From the NCBI RefSeq assembly GCF_009914755.1, contig NC_060930.1: DNA of 64,000 nt; one strand, 5' to 3'. A model generated the notes under the pieces. The model was not told where the DNA came from and searched no databases. It saw nothing but the letters and a program-made list of their open reading frames with translations. The translations under genes and the position numbers were made by a program. This document shows positions 1-19,687 of this stretch, piece after piece (within the stretch, counting starts at the first letter, position 1; each line of letters opens with the position of its first letter). The stretch comes from the human T2T-CHM13v2.0 reference genome, Homo sapiens.

Positions 1-104
1 TCTCATCACGGCCAAGAACTCAGTTTTGTAGGTTTCTCTGGGGTCCTCTTGGCCAAGGGGGAGTCTATTCAGACAGATGGGGAGCTTAGGATTTTTAGCT
101 TACA
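1..104 (-). mobile_element. 5' end of an ERV1 MER4-group LTR (MER49/MER72-like), cut by the window edge
   Basis: Reverse complement reads TGTAAGCTAAAAATCCTAAGCTCCCC...TTGGCCAAGAGGACCCCAGAGAAACC, similar to the LTR start at 53297. Confidence 0.6.
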
Positions 105-2170
105 GCACTTTGCCTAACAACATTTGTGAGAATATAAGGTTGGAATTGTATGAAATTTTTTTAAAACAATCTTTAAATCAAATTGAGGTTTATGTTTCAT
201 TTTGATCAGGGATTAATTTGGAAAGTAAAAATAAAGGGTTGCTATACATGTAAATTTCTATCTAAGAGATGACTATTTAGCCCTAGGTGCAGAATTTGAA
301 TCAAAGAATTATGATCAAATAATTTCTCATTAAATTGGCAAACATTTGCTAGGAAAAGTCTTTAAACAGTTCTCTTGAACAATTAAAATTACTTTATTGT
401 TGTTCTTAGGCCTGACTCTAAACTTGAGAAACTAAATCTTCTCCTTGTAAGGAGAATAAAATGGCAAAATGTGTCAGGATTATTCAATTATTTTATGTAA
501 ATACATCCCATTTACTTTGAGGAGACTCATCATACCTTTTAAAATGAGATCAATCAACACCTTTCTTAGAGTTGATTTCATTGAGCTAATGAATAGGTAT
601 TTTTATTCTTGAAATATTGCATTTTTATTCTTCTTATTAATGGCCTTCCCTCTGTATGAATAAATAAATCATTTCACCGCTAGTAGCTTTAAGTGCTTTT
701 CAAGCATTTAAGTGCTTGTAATCACTAAGCAAAGGAGTACTATAGATTAAATGTGTTGTAAACTACACATGAAAGCAATGTCTTTTTTATTATCTGTAAC
801 TTTAATGGAAAGAAAATGTTAATTTAGGGTAATGAAATAGACCTCCAAGTATGATCAGTGAATAGACCATTAGGTTAATTAAAATGAGGATATGTATCAC
901 TGTTGTGGTGGAACTACCATTGTGGAGAAGACAGATTCATTTAGTGCTTGAATAGTAAAATTCAGACTGTGTCACTCTCAACCTAGACTGACTACACAAA
1001 GGAACAAGATTAATGACAAAGGTAACTCAGTTTTGTTTCATTTACTTTTGCCTGTCACATTACTTGTTATTCTAGAGAGCCTGTCACTTAAAGGTGAAAA
1101 TTTATACAATCTTTAAAAAAACCAACTAAATATAAATTTTGTTACTTTATTATCTGTCATCCCAGGTGAATTAAATACCAAAACAAGATTTAAGTGATAG
1201 TAAGTTAATAGTAACGTATACAGATTTTATAACATAACACTCATAAAGCTAGCAACTTTATAGATTTGTAAAAATGCAGTTGAAATGACCACTGCAGCTT
1301 AATAGTTAATAGTTCTTTTTGGTGTCTAATACTCAGAAACCTGTTGGAAACTAATTTTGTGTAGTTTGATATCCACTGGCCAAATTACCATTTGAATTTA
1401 CTAAAGAATTCATTGCTTCACTACTGTACCATAGTTTATAAAGGACTTTTTGAGTGCTCTTTGATTCTTGTCTCTGAAGAATCTTAGCATAATGCCAACA
1501 TAGTGCCAACCATAATAGTTTTCCAGTTAAGTACTTCCTATTTCTATCTAAAAGGCTTGGCATGTGTTTAAACAAATATTAAGTTCAGTATGCTCTTGAG
1601 CTTCTCAGTTTCCCCTGTCATATGGCTAATTTAACGTGTTAATATCTATTTGGGTTTTAGATTTAGAATTACTACATTTGGCCCGTTAGCCAAGCTAGCC
1701 ATCATTGGCAGCTTTTTGTTTGCGATATGAAGCATGAATGCATGCAGTAAGTGATTTATAAAGCATGTGCTTTCCCTAATGATTTATATGATCAATCAGT
1801 CAAATATTTATTGAATTCTAGTTCTGAGTCCAGTATTGTAGTAGGTACTTAAGGCTTGCATATACTATACTTTAGTATACTGTACTTTATACTTCATTCA
1901 GTTCATTACAGAATCTGCATATGTTTATAAAAGAATTGTTTCTTTCCTTAGCTTTACAAGTAAGAAAACTTTTTAGGAAGGTAAGATTCTCTTCCTCTTT
2001 TGTTTTAGCCTCTTGATTCTGGGAAATGTTTTCTTATCCTTGCCTTATTTCTCTATTTTCCTGAAATTTACCTTGATGATATTTAGTAGGAGCTATTTAA
2101 TGAGTTTATGTATATTTAATGTTTTTGATGATGCATGAATGTTACCTTATAACTAAATGTGATATAGTAA

Positions 2171-2480
2171 AATTTTGTTTTAATTATTATTATTTTTTTG
2201 AGACAAAGTCTCACTCTGTTGCCCAGGCTGGAATGCAGTGGTGTCACCTCGGCTCAATGCAGCTTCCTCCTCCTGGGTTCAAGCAATTCTCCTGCCTCAG
2301 CCTCCTGAGTAGCTGGGATTACAGGTGCCCACCACCATGCTTGGCTAATTTTTGTACTTTTAGTAGAGATGAGATTTCACTGTGTTGGCCAGGCTGGTCT
2401 CGAAACCCTGACCTCAAGTGATCTACCACCTCAGACTCTCAAAGTGCTGGGATTACAGGTGTGAGCCACCGCATCTAGCC
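2171..2480 (-). mobile_element. Alu (AluS-type)
   Basis: Dimeric Alu in reverse; TSD TGATATAGTAA at 2160-2170 and 2481-2491. Confidence 0.93.
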
Positions 2481-3040
2481 TGATATAGTAACATTGTAGT
2501 ACTTATGTTAGGAAGTGAATCTTTATTCGATAATTGGATTCACCATAAAATTTTTCTGAAGAATTGACTTAGAACATTTCACAGGTCTCATTTTGTCCCA
2601 CTTTTTTCATTTAAGGCTCATTCCAGCATTTAAAGAAAAGGAAAGAATTGTAAAGATTCTTAATAGGTCCCGAAAGCTGTAGCAGTGAAGGCAGTGCTAG
2701 AGTATGAAAACTCTCATGAATTTATCCATAGGCCACGTGATCTCTTTTGATGTATCTGTTTTGTGTGTGTGTGTGTGTCTGCTTTTTTCTAACTACATAC
2801 TGGCTTGTTCATTTCCTTTCTTTTTTTTTTTTTTAATTATACTTTAAGTTTTAGGGTACATGTGCACTATGTGCAGGTTAATTACCTATGTATGCATGTG
2901 CCATGTTGGTGTGCTGAACCCAGTAACTCGTCATTTAACATTAGGTATATCTCCAAATGCTATCCCTCCCCCCTCCCCTCACCCCACAACAGGCCCTGGT
3001 GTGTGATGTTCTTCTTCCTGTGTCCATGTGTTCTCATTGT

Positions 3041-6883
<3,843 letters not shown>

Positions 6884-6931
6884 TTATTTTGCTTGTTAGT
6901 TGATTCAGTTTCTTCCTAGCCTGGATGGTCT

Positions 6932-7949
6932 TTACAATTTGGCATGTTTTTGCAGTGCTGGTACTGGTTGTTCCTTTCCATGTTTAGCGCTTCCTTCAGG
7001 AGCTCTTTTAGGGCAGGCCTGGTGGTGACAAAATCTCTCAGCATTTGCTTGTCTGTAAAGGATTTTATTTCTCCTTCACTTATGAAGCTTAGTTTGGCTG
7101 GATATGAAATTCTGGGTTGAAAATTCTTTTCTTTAAGAATGTTGAATATTGGCCCCCACTCTCTTTTGGCTTGTAGAGTTTCTGCCGAGAGATCCGCTGT
7201 TAGTCTGATGGGCTTCCCTTTGTGGGTAACCCGACCTTTCTCTCTGGCTGCCCTTAACATTGTTTCCTTCATTTCAACTTTGGTGAATCTGACAATTATG
7301 TGTCTTGGAGTTGCTCTTCTCGAGGAGTATCTTTGTGGCATTCTCTGTGTTTCCTGAATTTGAATGTTGGCCTTCCTTGCTAGATTGGGGAAGTTCTCCT
7401 GGATAATATCCTGCAGAGTGTTTTCCAACTTGGTTCCATTCTCCCCATCACTTTCAGGTACACCAATCACACGTAGATTTGGTCTTTTCACATAGTCCCA
7501 TATTTCTTGGAGGCTTTGTTCGTTTCTTTTTATTCTTTTTTCTCTAAACTTCTCTTCTTGCTTCATTTGATTCATTTGATTTTCCATCACTAATACCCTT
7601 TCTTCCAGTTGATCGAATCGGCTACTGAGGCTTGTGCATTCGTCACGTAGTTCTCGTGCCTTGGTTTTCACCTCCATTAGGTCCTTTAAGGACTTCTCTG
7701 CACTGGTTATTCTAGTTAGCCATTCGTCTAGTTTTTTTTTTCAAGGTTTTTAACTTCTTTGCCATGGGTTCGAACTTCCTCCTGCAGCTTGGAGTAGTTT
7801 GATCATCTGAAGCCTTCTTTTCTCAACTTGTCAAAGTCATTCTCCATCCAGCTTTGTTCTGTTGCTGGTGAGGAGCTGCGTTCCTTTGGAGGAGGAGAGG
7901 CACTCTGATTTTTAGAGTTTCCAGTTTTTCTGCTCTGTTTTTTCCCCAT
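6932..7949 (-). pseudogene. L1 ORF1p, frameshifted
   Basis: ATG GGG AAA AAA CAG start at 7949. ORF 6916-7677 carries YVKRPNLR and YPAKLS. Break near the T-run at about 7732-7741 and an aberrant C-terminus (QHCKNMPNCK). Confidence 0.93.
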
Positions 7950-9387
7950 CTTTGTGGTTTTATCTACCTTTGGCCTTTGATGATGGTGACGTACAGATGG
8001 GGTTTTGGTGTGGATGTTCTTTCTGTTTGTTAGTTTTCCTTCTAACAGTCAGGACCCTCAGCTGCAGGTCTGTTGGAGTTTGCTGGAGGTCCACTCCAGA
8101 CCCTGTTTGTCTGGGTATCAGCAGCAGAAGCTGCAGAACAGCAGATATTGGTGAGCAGCAAATGTTCCTGCCTGATCGTTCCTCTGGAAGTTTTGTCTCA
8201 GAGGAGTAGCTGGCTGTGTGAGGTGTCAGTCTGCCCCTACTGGGAGGTGCCTCCCAGTGAGGCTACTTGGGGGTCAGGGACCCACTTGAGGAGGCAGTCT
8301 TTCTGTTCTCAGATCTCCAGCTGCGTGCTGGGAGAACCACTACTCTCTTCAAAGCTGTCAGACAGGGACATTTAAGTCTGCAGAGGATTCTGCTGCCTTT
8401 TGTTTGGCAATGCCCTGCCTCCAGAGGTGGAGTCTGCAGAGGCAGGCAGGCCTCCTTGAGCTGTGGAGGGCTCCACCCAGATGGAGCTTCCTGACCCCTT
8501 TGTTTACCTACTCAAGCCTTGGCAATGGCGGGCACCCCTTCCCTAGGCTCGCTGCTCCTTTGCAGTTTGATCTCAGGCTGCTGTGCTAGCAATGAGTGAG
8601 GCTCTGTGGGTGTAGGACCCCCGAGCCAGGCGTGGGATATAATCTCTTGGTGTGCCATTTGCTATGACCGTTGTAAAAGTGCAGTATTGGGGTGGGAGTG
8701 AACCGATTTTCCAGGTGCCATCTGTCACCCCTTTCTTTGACTAGGAAAGGGAATTCCCTGACCCCTTGCGCTTCCTGGGTGAGGCAATGCCTGGCCCTGC
8801 CTCGGCTCACATACGGTGTGCTGCACCCACTGTCCTGCACCCACTTTCCGACACTCACCAGTGAGATGAACCCGGTACCTCGGTTGGAAACGCAGAAATC
8901 ACCCATCTTCTGCGTTGCTCACGCTGGGAGCTATAGACTGGAGCTGTTCCTATTCGGCCATCTTCCTTGTTCATTTTCTTACTTTGCCTCTGTCTTTTTC
9001 TGTCTCATAGCTTCTGCTTAAAGTGTCTTAGATTCATTCAGCCTTGGCATTTATCTTCCTTTGCTCGTTACACAGTTCTTTCGTTTTCTTAGTTCACATT
9101 CCTGAGAGAATCTGTTTGACTTGTGTATCGGTCAAAATAAGCTAACTTATGTTGAAATAATAGAAATGACCCACATTATTATTTCTTATTCATGCTACTT
9201 GTGCATCGTGGGTTGATTGGGGGCTCTGTTCCATATTGTCTTCATTCAGGATTTAGATTGCAGTCATAATTTGAAGCATTGCAGAAAAAAACATCATGCA
9301 TGTGTACAGCTTTCAATCAAAAGTTACGTATCACCTTGGCTTATATTTCATTGATCAAAGCAAGTTATCTGGCTACAGAGGACATTA

Positions 9388-9760
<373 letters not shown>

Positions 9761-10589
9761 TCTACGATTATTTGATGAAAACACTAGTGACTCTTACAGT
9801 TAGCCCCCCTAGCTACTAGGCATTCACTTCATTTTTGTTTCCTACCCAGAATACACACTTTGTCTTCATAAAAAAATTGTATGGGAGGAATTATGTATTT
9901 GTAGTCTTAACCAGGTGACATCTGGTAACTTCCTCCTTTAGCTTGCATCCCAGAATGAGAAGACCTGTGAAGAGGACCTGCAGCGTTGAGCAGAGCTTTA
10001 CTCAGCCCTTAACTTTTGTTTAGTATGAACAAAAAAATAACTATTTGGTGTGGTAAGTCACTGAGATTTTGGGATTGTTATTATCAGCAAGAGCTGACTT
10101 AACACAATGAGTTTTGGAGTAAGACCACCTGGGCTGAGTGTTAAGTATGCTTGTTTTGTGATTTTTGCATCAGTTTAAGTTCTCTGAGGCTGGGTTTCTT
10201 TATCTGTAAAATGATGTTAATAATGCCTATCTCACAGTTATGATGTGAGGATTAAAGTGGATGACTTTTGTAAAATGCTCAGGGTAGCACTCAACACATG
10301 AGAAGAATTCAATAAATGTCATTTCCCTTTCCTTTACTTTCCACCTTGCTGTCCCTGTTGGTAGAGTTATTCAAGTGCATGATTACTTGTTAAAAACCTC
10401 ATAGAAAGGAATCAGCTGTGAGATTAGGAATTGAATAAAATGATCTTATTAGGTGGACATTTTTAGCCCAAATTTAAGAATTTCTTCTTGAAGAGAATCT
10501 AAGATGCTCTTATAACTGATCTTTTTCACAAATGGCAGGTTCCTGTACAGTGATAAACTAGATTTTTAAACTGAGCTAACTAGACCACA

Positions 10590-10970
10590 CTACAACATAC
10601 CTGGCTTATGAAATGGGAGGGCTGAAGTCTGTAGGGCTGCCCGGAAACTCAGGTAAGAGTTGAAGTTGTAATCTTGAGTCTGAAATTCATAGGGAAGGCC
10701 TCCATGCAGGAAACTTGGGCAGGATTTCTATATTACAATATTGAGGCAGAATTCCTTCTTCAAAAACATGTTTTTGCTTTTAAGGCCTTGAGCTGGTGGG
10801 ATGAGAGCCAGCCATGTTATCCAGGGTACTTTCCCTTTACTTAAAGTCAGCTGATTGTCAATTGTTAATCATCTCTACAAAACCTTCACAGTGCCACCTC
10901 GATTAGTATTTGACCAACTAACTAGGCATCATTATGTAGCCAAGCTGACACATAAAAATTAAGCACCCCT
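10590..10970. mobile_element. Old ERVL/MaLR LTR fragment (MLT2-like)
   Basis: Characteristic ...TGTTAATCATCTCTACAAAACCTTCACAG...AGCCAAGCTGACACATAAAA end motif. Confidence 0.55.
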
Positions 10971-13900
10971 AGGTGAAAAGGTACTGCCTGCAGCAGAAGA
11001 GGGTGTGAGGGGCACAGAGCCCCCTCCTGGTCATGAAACATTGAAGTCATGCTTCACCTAGTCATGAAGCATTAAAGGTTGTGGCAGCCTTGTTCTCCAT
11101 GCTTTTTCAGTACATTTGATGTTGTATGGTGGGGGCAGGAGCATATAAGCCAGTGCAAATGGTTTTTGTTGCGGTCTCCATACAGACCAGGGGTCTATTT
11201 TTTTTTTTTTTCAAACTTGAAAGAAAAGTAGAACATTTTACTTATACTTAGAGCTAAAAGTGGCTTGTTAGATATCAGAGAGTGTACTGAATTAGAAAAA
11301 ATGTTCTAATTTGCCACCAACAGAAAAGTTAGGAACATGTTTAACTTGATGGAGTGCTTAATTTAGTGATAGTTTTTGGTGAGCTTTTGGAAAGCTTTAC
11401 TAGGATTTTAGGAATATGCCTGAGTCTCAGTAAGCTTCTCCTTAGAGAATTGAAGAGTCTCTGCAATTCCACAGAAGGCAGTACTTCCGAAAACCATCAA
11501 AAGGATATTATTCTGTAATGCTCGTAAGTTCTGTCTTTAGCCAGTTAAATATGATATCTACTGGATTTTAAATGACTGCCATTTTAAAGAATGTCTTTTA
11601 AGAGTTTACTGATTTAAGTCTTTTGATAGGCCTGTCTTATGGCTGTCATCCTGATTTAAAAAAAAAAAAAAAAGCTTTTCAATTGAACTTTCAGGTTGAC
11701 CACTAGTTATAACTTCTAAAATCTCTATGGATTTGATTTACTGCAAAAGTAATATCATTAATTTTATAAGACTACTTCTAAGCTGTGTTTTCCTTGCTTT
11801 TGGATTTTCCCTATGACAAATGGAGAAGGACTGCTAACCAAGTTTTATTGGGGTAAGATCAATTTTATGAAGCCTGATGACTTCTTATTCTAAATTTTAC
11901 CTGAGCAATGTTCCAGCTTAACTGAACGGTTCATAATATTGAGTGACTCTCTTGTCAGCTCTTTATTGATTAATGACACAGATAAAAAAGATGTACCTTG
12001 TCACAGGAGGATTAGAATCAAGGAAACTAGAAGTCTCTCATCTCATCTCAAGACAGATAAAAGTCTATATTTAAGGATGATACGATCCATGAAAGAGAAG
12101 GAAAAGTCAGGGTTTAGTTAAGCAATGTGGAGATGAGAGGAGGGATAAGGAAAGAGAAAGCTCATGCAGAGATACTGTTTTGAAGATAACTCGTGGGGAA
12201 GAAATGGGCAGTCGTCTGGGCAGCCAGCAAAACCTATTCCATGAACCCTTGGTAAGTAAGTGGCTTTGATGACATAGTGGAAAGATGAGCACTGTTACTG
12301 GCTGTCTTGTTGTTTAGCTGTCAGAAAAGATTGTGCTGCTTCCTACATCTGCTCTCACATGCTCCTTCACCTGCTCTGTCTTACTGAGATGGATAAACCT
12401 TGTAGTTCAGGACTGTCAAGGGCACTGCAATTAGTACTAAATCATCCTCGCTCTGACAAGTTCTGGCAACAGAAGTTTCTGGCAGATGTGTAAGTGCATT
12501 TTCAGTGTTTCCTGAGTGTCTGAAGGCATAGCAGAGCCCTCCATACACTGTGCAACTTAATTCGATAGTGAATTCAATGCAAGTTTAGAACAGGAGAAAT
12601 ATTAGAAATAAAGATGGGCTGTTGTTTTTTGCAAGTCATGATCAACTTTGTTTAATTTTCAATGTATGTATCTTTAATAAGGTAATAGGAAATCCATGTT
12701 TCATCTTGAAACTCCAGAAAGGGTTTTTATATATAAATGTTGCTGTACCTCAGATGCTGGTGTACTTCAAATACTTCTTCCCAGAATCGAATTAGCTAGT
12801 TTTGGAAGAGCATATAAATAATAGTGATCAAAGAATATACCTAGTAGCTAGAAAATAAGAAATGATCACTGAGAAATTAAAACATTATGGATTTAAAATG
12901 TTGGTCTAACATGAAAGACAGCTCTAGAGCAGTGGTTAAAAGCCCTGGCTCTGGGACCAGACTATGTGGAGTTAGATACCTTTGCCTTTATTATTTAAGC
13001 ACTCCAAACATTTCTTTTTCTGCAACCCAAGGGTAGTAACATACAGGCAAAAGGATTAAATGAGATATTAGGTTAAAAGATGACTGACACAGGTATCTGT
13101 CCAGTGCATGTTGGTTGTCTTTATGATGGTGATGAAGATGAGACTTCCATTTTCCATGCTCAAGTAAGTCAAAATGAGTGCAGAAAGCTGGATAAACATA
13201 GATTGTTTGTAACCATTTTGGCAAAAAAATCACAGGAGAGTGTGGTAAAAGATTAAAATAAAACCTAAGGAGGTATAAAATGATGAAGGTATTAGAAATC
13301 CTATCTCTACAAAAATCGAGGAAATGGAGAAAAGATAATTTGTGGACTTTCAGAATAATTTGTTAGCATTTTCAGTTTTATGCATTTGAATATGGTTTTG
13401 GATTTGCAAAACTATTGTCCTGAAACTTTTGAATTAATGTTGTAATTGTGTACTAGTGTTTTATCCTATTTCACAGAAGTCCCATGGACATTAGATAAAT
13501 GAGATTAATTAGCCTCTTTGTTACCAGTTGTCAGAACTATAAAGAATCCTTTCATGTGTCTGGCCTAACCATGATATTGGATTTGGTCAGGGGTTATGTA
13601 GGTGTTTGTTTTCTTAGTTTGGTTCTTTGTGATCTGGCTGTAACCTTAGTCTTAGGCTGCCATAGTAGAAGAGCTCTGTTGTAGGGAGTATTTCCTTTGT
13701 TGCTTAAGAGAACCCCACTTACCTGGAGCTGCTGTCTCGACTGTGTCTTCTTTTTGTGATATGGCTAATGTGCGAGAGTCACCCAGTTGCTGTAGAAGTT
13801 TTTATTCCCTCTATTATTTTTAACAAAACTCTGATGTTAGTTCTTCAGTTATTATCTGATTCCTCTTGAAAGTAGAGTCTTTAACAAATACAAAAAAAGG

Positions 13901-14237
13901 AAGCTTCCAGTTAATCAAGATTTAACTGCTTCGTAGAGAAGCTGAGAGCTGTTAAAACAAATGTAGTCGGACATCCCCTGCTACGTGCTACTCTTTAGTT
14001 TCTGGTTCATTATGTCACATGTTAGTATTGTTTATATCAGAGCAGGCTTGTGTTCAACAGTGAGAAGTGAGCTAGCTGTTTCAGGGTGTTAAGACAGTTT
14101 TGGCTTTTGGGCAGATTAAATAAATGGGATCTTCTAAGTGGCAGAGGGGTGGTGGGAAAAGCACTGGCTCGGAAATCTAGAACTGAGTTCTAGTTCTGGT
14201 TTTGTTGGTGACTACCAGCATGTGATATCCACAACTA

Positions 14238-14550
<313 letters not shown>

Positions 14551-15268
14551 AGAAAATAAAGGAGATTGGCTAGATAATATCTCTGGTTGTTTCTATCTTT
14601 AATTATTTATCCTGATTTGGTTCTATGATTCAAAAAACCATTTTTTAGGAGATGGAGGGAAGGAGAAATGCCACCAAATGCCTTTTAAAGCATCTTCAGA
14701 GATTTCAAACCTGTCTGACCTTCTTTACATTAGGGCACTGAAACACATGGGAGTACCAGGCATTAACAGCATCTCAAACCCACGCAAGCTATATTCCTCA
14801 CACAGAGGTTCCCATCTTCAGATGGTGGTGGTGCCATCCCGGGGTGGGTTAGCTGGCTGGTTAAAGAAATGTGGCCTACTCACTGGTCTTGAATCAGCAT
14901 TCCTTGTGTGGTTTGGAAGTCTTTTTATGATCGAGTCCCTGCCTCTTCCTCTCCAGTTGTGCTGGCCTTCTTTTAGTTGCTGGAATGCTGAGTGCTTCCT
15001 CCTGACATAAGATCTTCTTTATCCTTGCTACTCTCTTTGCCAGGAATGCTCTTTGCACCTCCCTCAGTCGAATGCTGTTTGTTGTGGCACCTCTCTCAGT
15101 TAGCTAACTCCTACTCACTTTCCGGGTCTTCCCTCAAAAGGGCCATTCCCCTGATCTGCCTGACTTGGTCACTTGTCCTTATTATGCACACTCTCAGTGC
15201 CATGTAATAATGTCACGTTTGTTTGTGTGGTTACTTGATTAGTCCGTTCCTTCCCCGATATTCTGTAA

Positions 15269-15615
<347 letters not shown>

Positions 15616-16152
15616 TCCCTTTTGTATTTCTGGTGCCTAACTCAGTGACTGGAACCTAATAGGTACTCAGTGTAGATGGGTTGAATGAATAAATAAGCCA
15701 GCTACCAAAGCCTCTTGACTTGGAATAAATTATGATAATAATGATAACAACCACCACAATAACAGCAGATATTTATTATGTACTTCCTGTGTGCCAGGCA
15801 CTATTCTCCTCCTCTCCATCATCATCATTGTTTCCAAAATCACCATTACCACCACTTTTTGAATAGTTACTGTGCAGAGTACTTCATGTGTTATTACATT
15901 TAATCTTAACAGTATACTTTAAGGTAGGTACTATTACCGTCCCTCTTTTTCAGATAAGAAAGTTGAGACTCAGAAATTTAATAAATGGCTTATTAACTCA
16001 GGAATTCTAGGTCCCTAGTATTTACATCCTTGGCAACTATGTCTTTATAGTTGGGATTATTATAGGAAAAAGTCAGGAGCTTGCTGTAACATTTGCTACT
16101 CTGATCATTGTAACACAATGTAATTTCATGTAGGTCCACCACTACAGTAAGA

Positions 16153-16560
16153 GTGTAGTGGATATCTTATCACTTATTAGATGCTACCCAGCATCTAATT
16201 TCCTGGGAAATTCCTATGTGTGGAAATCCCTTCTCCCTTCCGTGAAGACAGAGCCTCCCTTCTATTAAGCTGAAAATGTCAGACACTTGCTTTCTCAGCT
16301 TTTCTTGTAGCTAGGGTATGGGCGTATGATGCATTTGCCCCAGTTTCTGAATCAGAAGCTAGTGACACAAAGAAGTTACCAGGGAGAGAATCCATTCTGC
16401 TGAAGTTAGGCAGGAGCAGCAGCTATACTGGGTTTCCAGACAGGACTGTCAGACAATCTAGAGGTAGCATCCAGGGCCCAGAGTTAGTGGTACAGACTCT
16501 AGGGTTGTGGTTTCTTCACGGAACCTGTTTTAAGGCATGATTTTGGACTTTGTCGCAGAT
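16153..16560. mobile_element. Old ERVL-type LTR (LTR33-like); probable continuation at about 19710-19805
   Basis: TGTAGTGGATATC start and CTTGTAGCTAGGGTATGG motif; AGAACCCTGACTAATA end motif beyond the L1. Confidence 0.45.
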
Positions 16561-16862
16561 CTGGATGTCCAAAAGGCAGTATAAAGCATGGACTCTCGTG
16601 CTAGACTGACTGGGTTCATATCCCAGCTTTTATCTCAGCTCTGCCACTTACCAGTCTTGTAACCGTGCTTGAGGTGGTTAGTTAACCTCTGTGTGCCTCA
16701 GGTCCCTCAAATGTAAGAAGGGGAAATAATAGCATGTACCTCATAGGCTTCTTTTGAGGATTAGGTGACTTATTTAAAGTAAAACTCTTAGGACAGAGTC
16801 CGGCATACTTATTGTAATGTACATTAGTGCTTTCTATCATTTTTTTTTCTTGATAATGATTC

Positions 16863-19687
<2,825 letters not shown>

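Noticed and set aside
2762-2778. (TG)n tract beside the L1 insertion
   Set aside because: Short common microsatellite.
11440-11900. Possible very ancient LINE (CR1/L2-like) ORF2 relic
   Set aside because: Only vague motif resemblance by eye; needs a profile-HMM search.
16176-16199. Perfect 10-bp stem hairpin ATTAGATGCT-ACCC-AGCATCTAAT
   Set aside because: Too short for a pre-miRNA, lies in an old LTR, and is plausible by chance.
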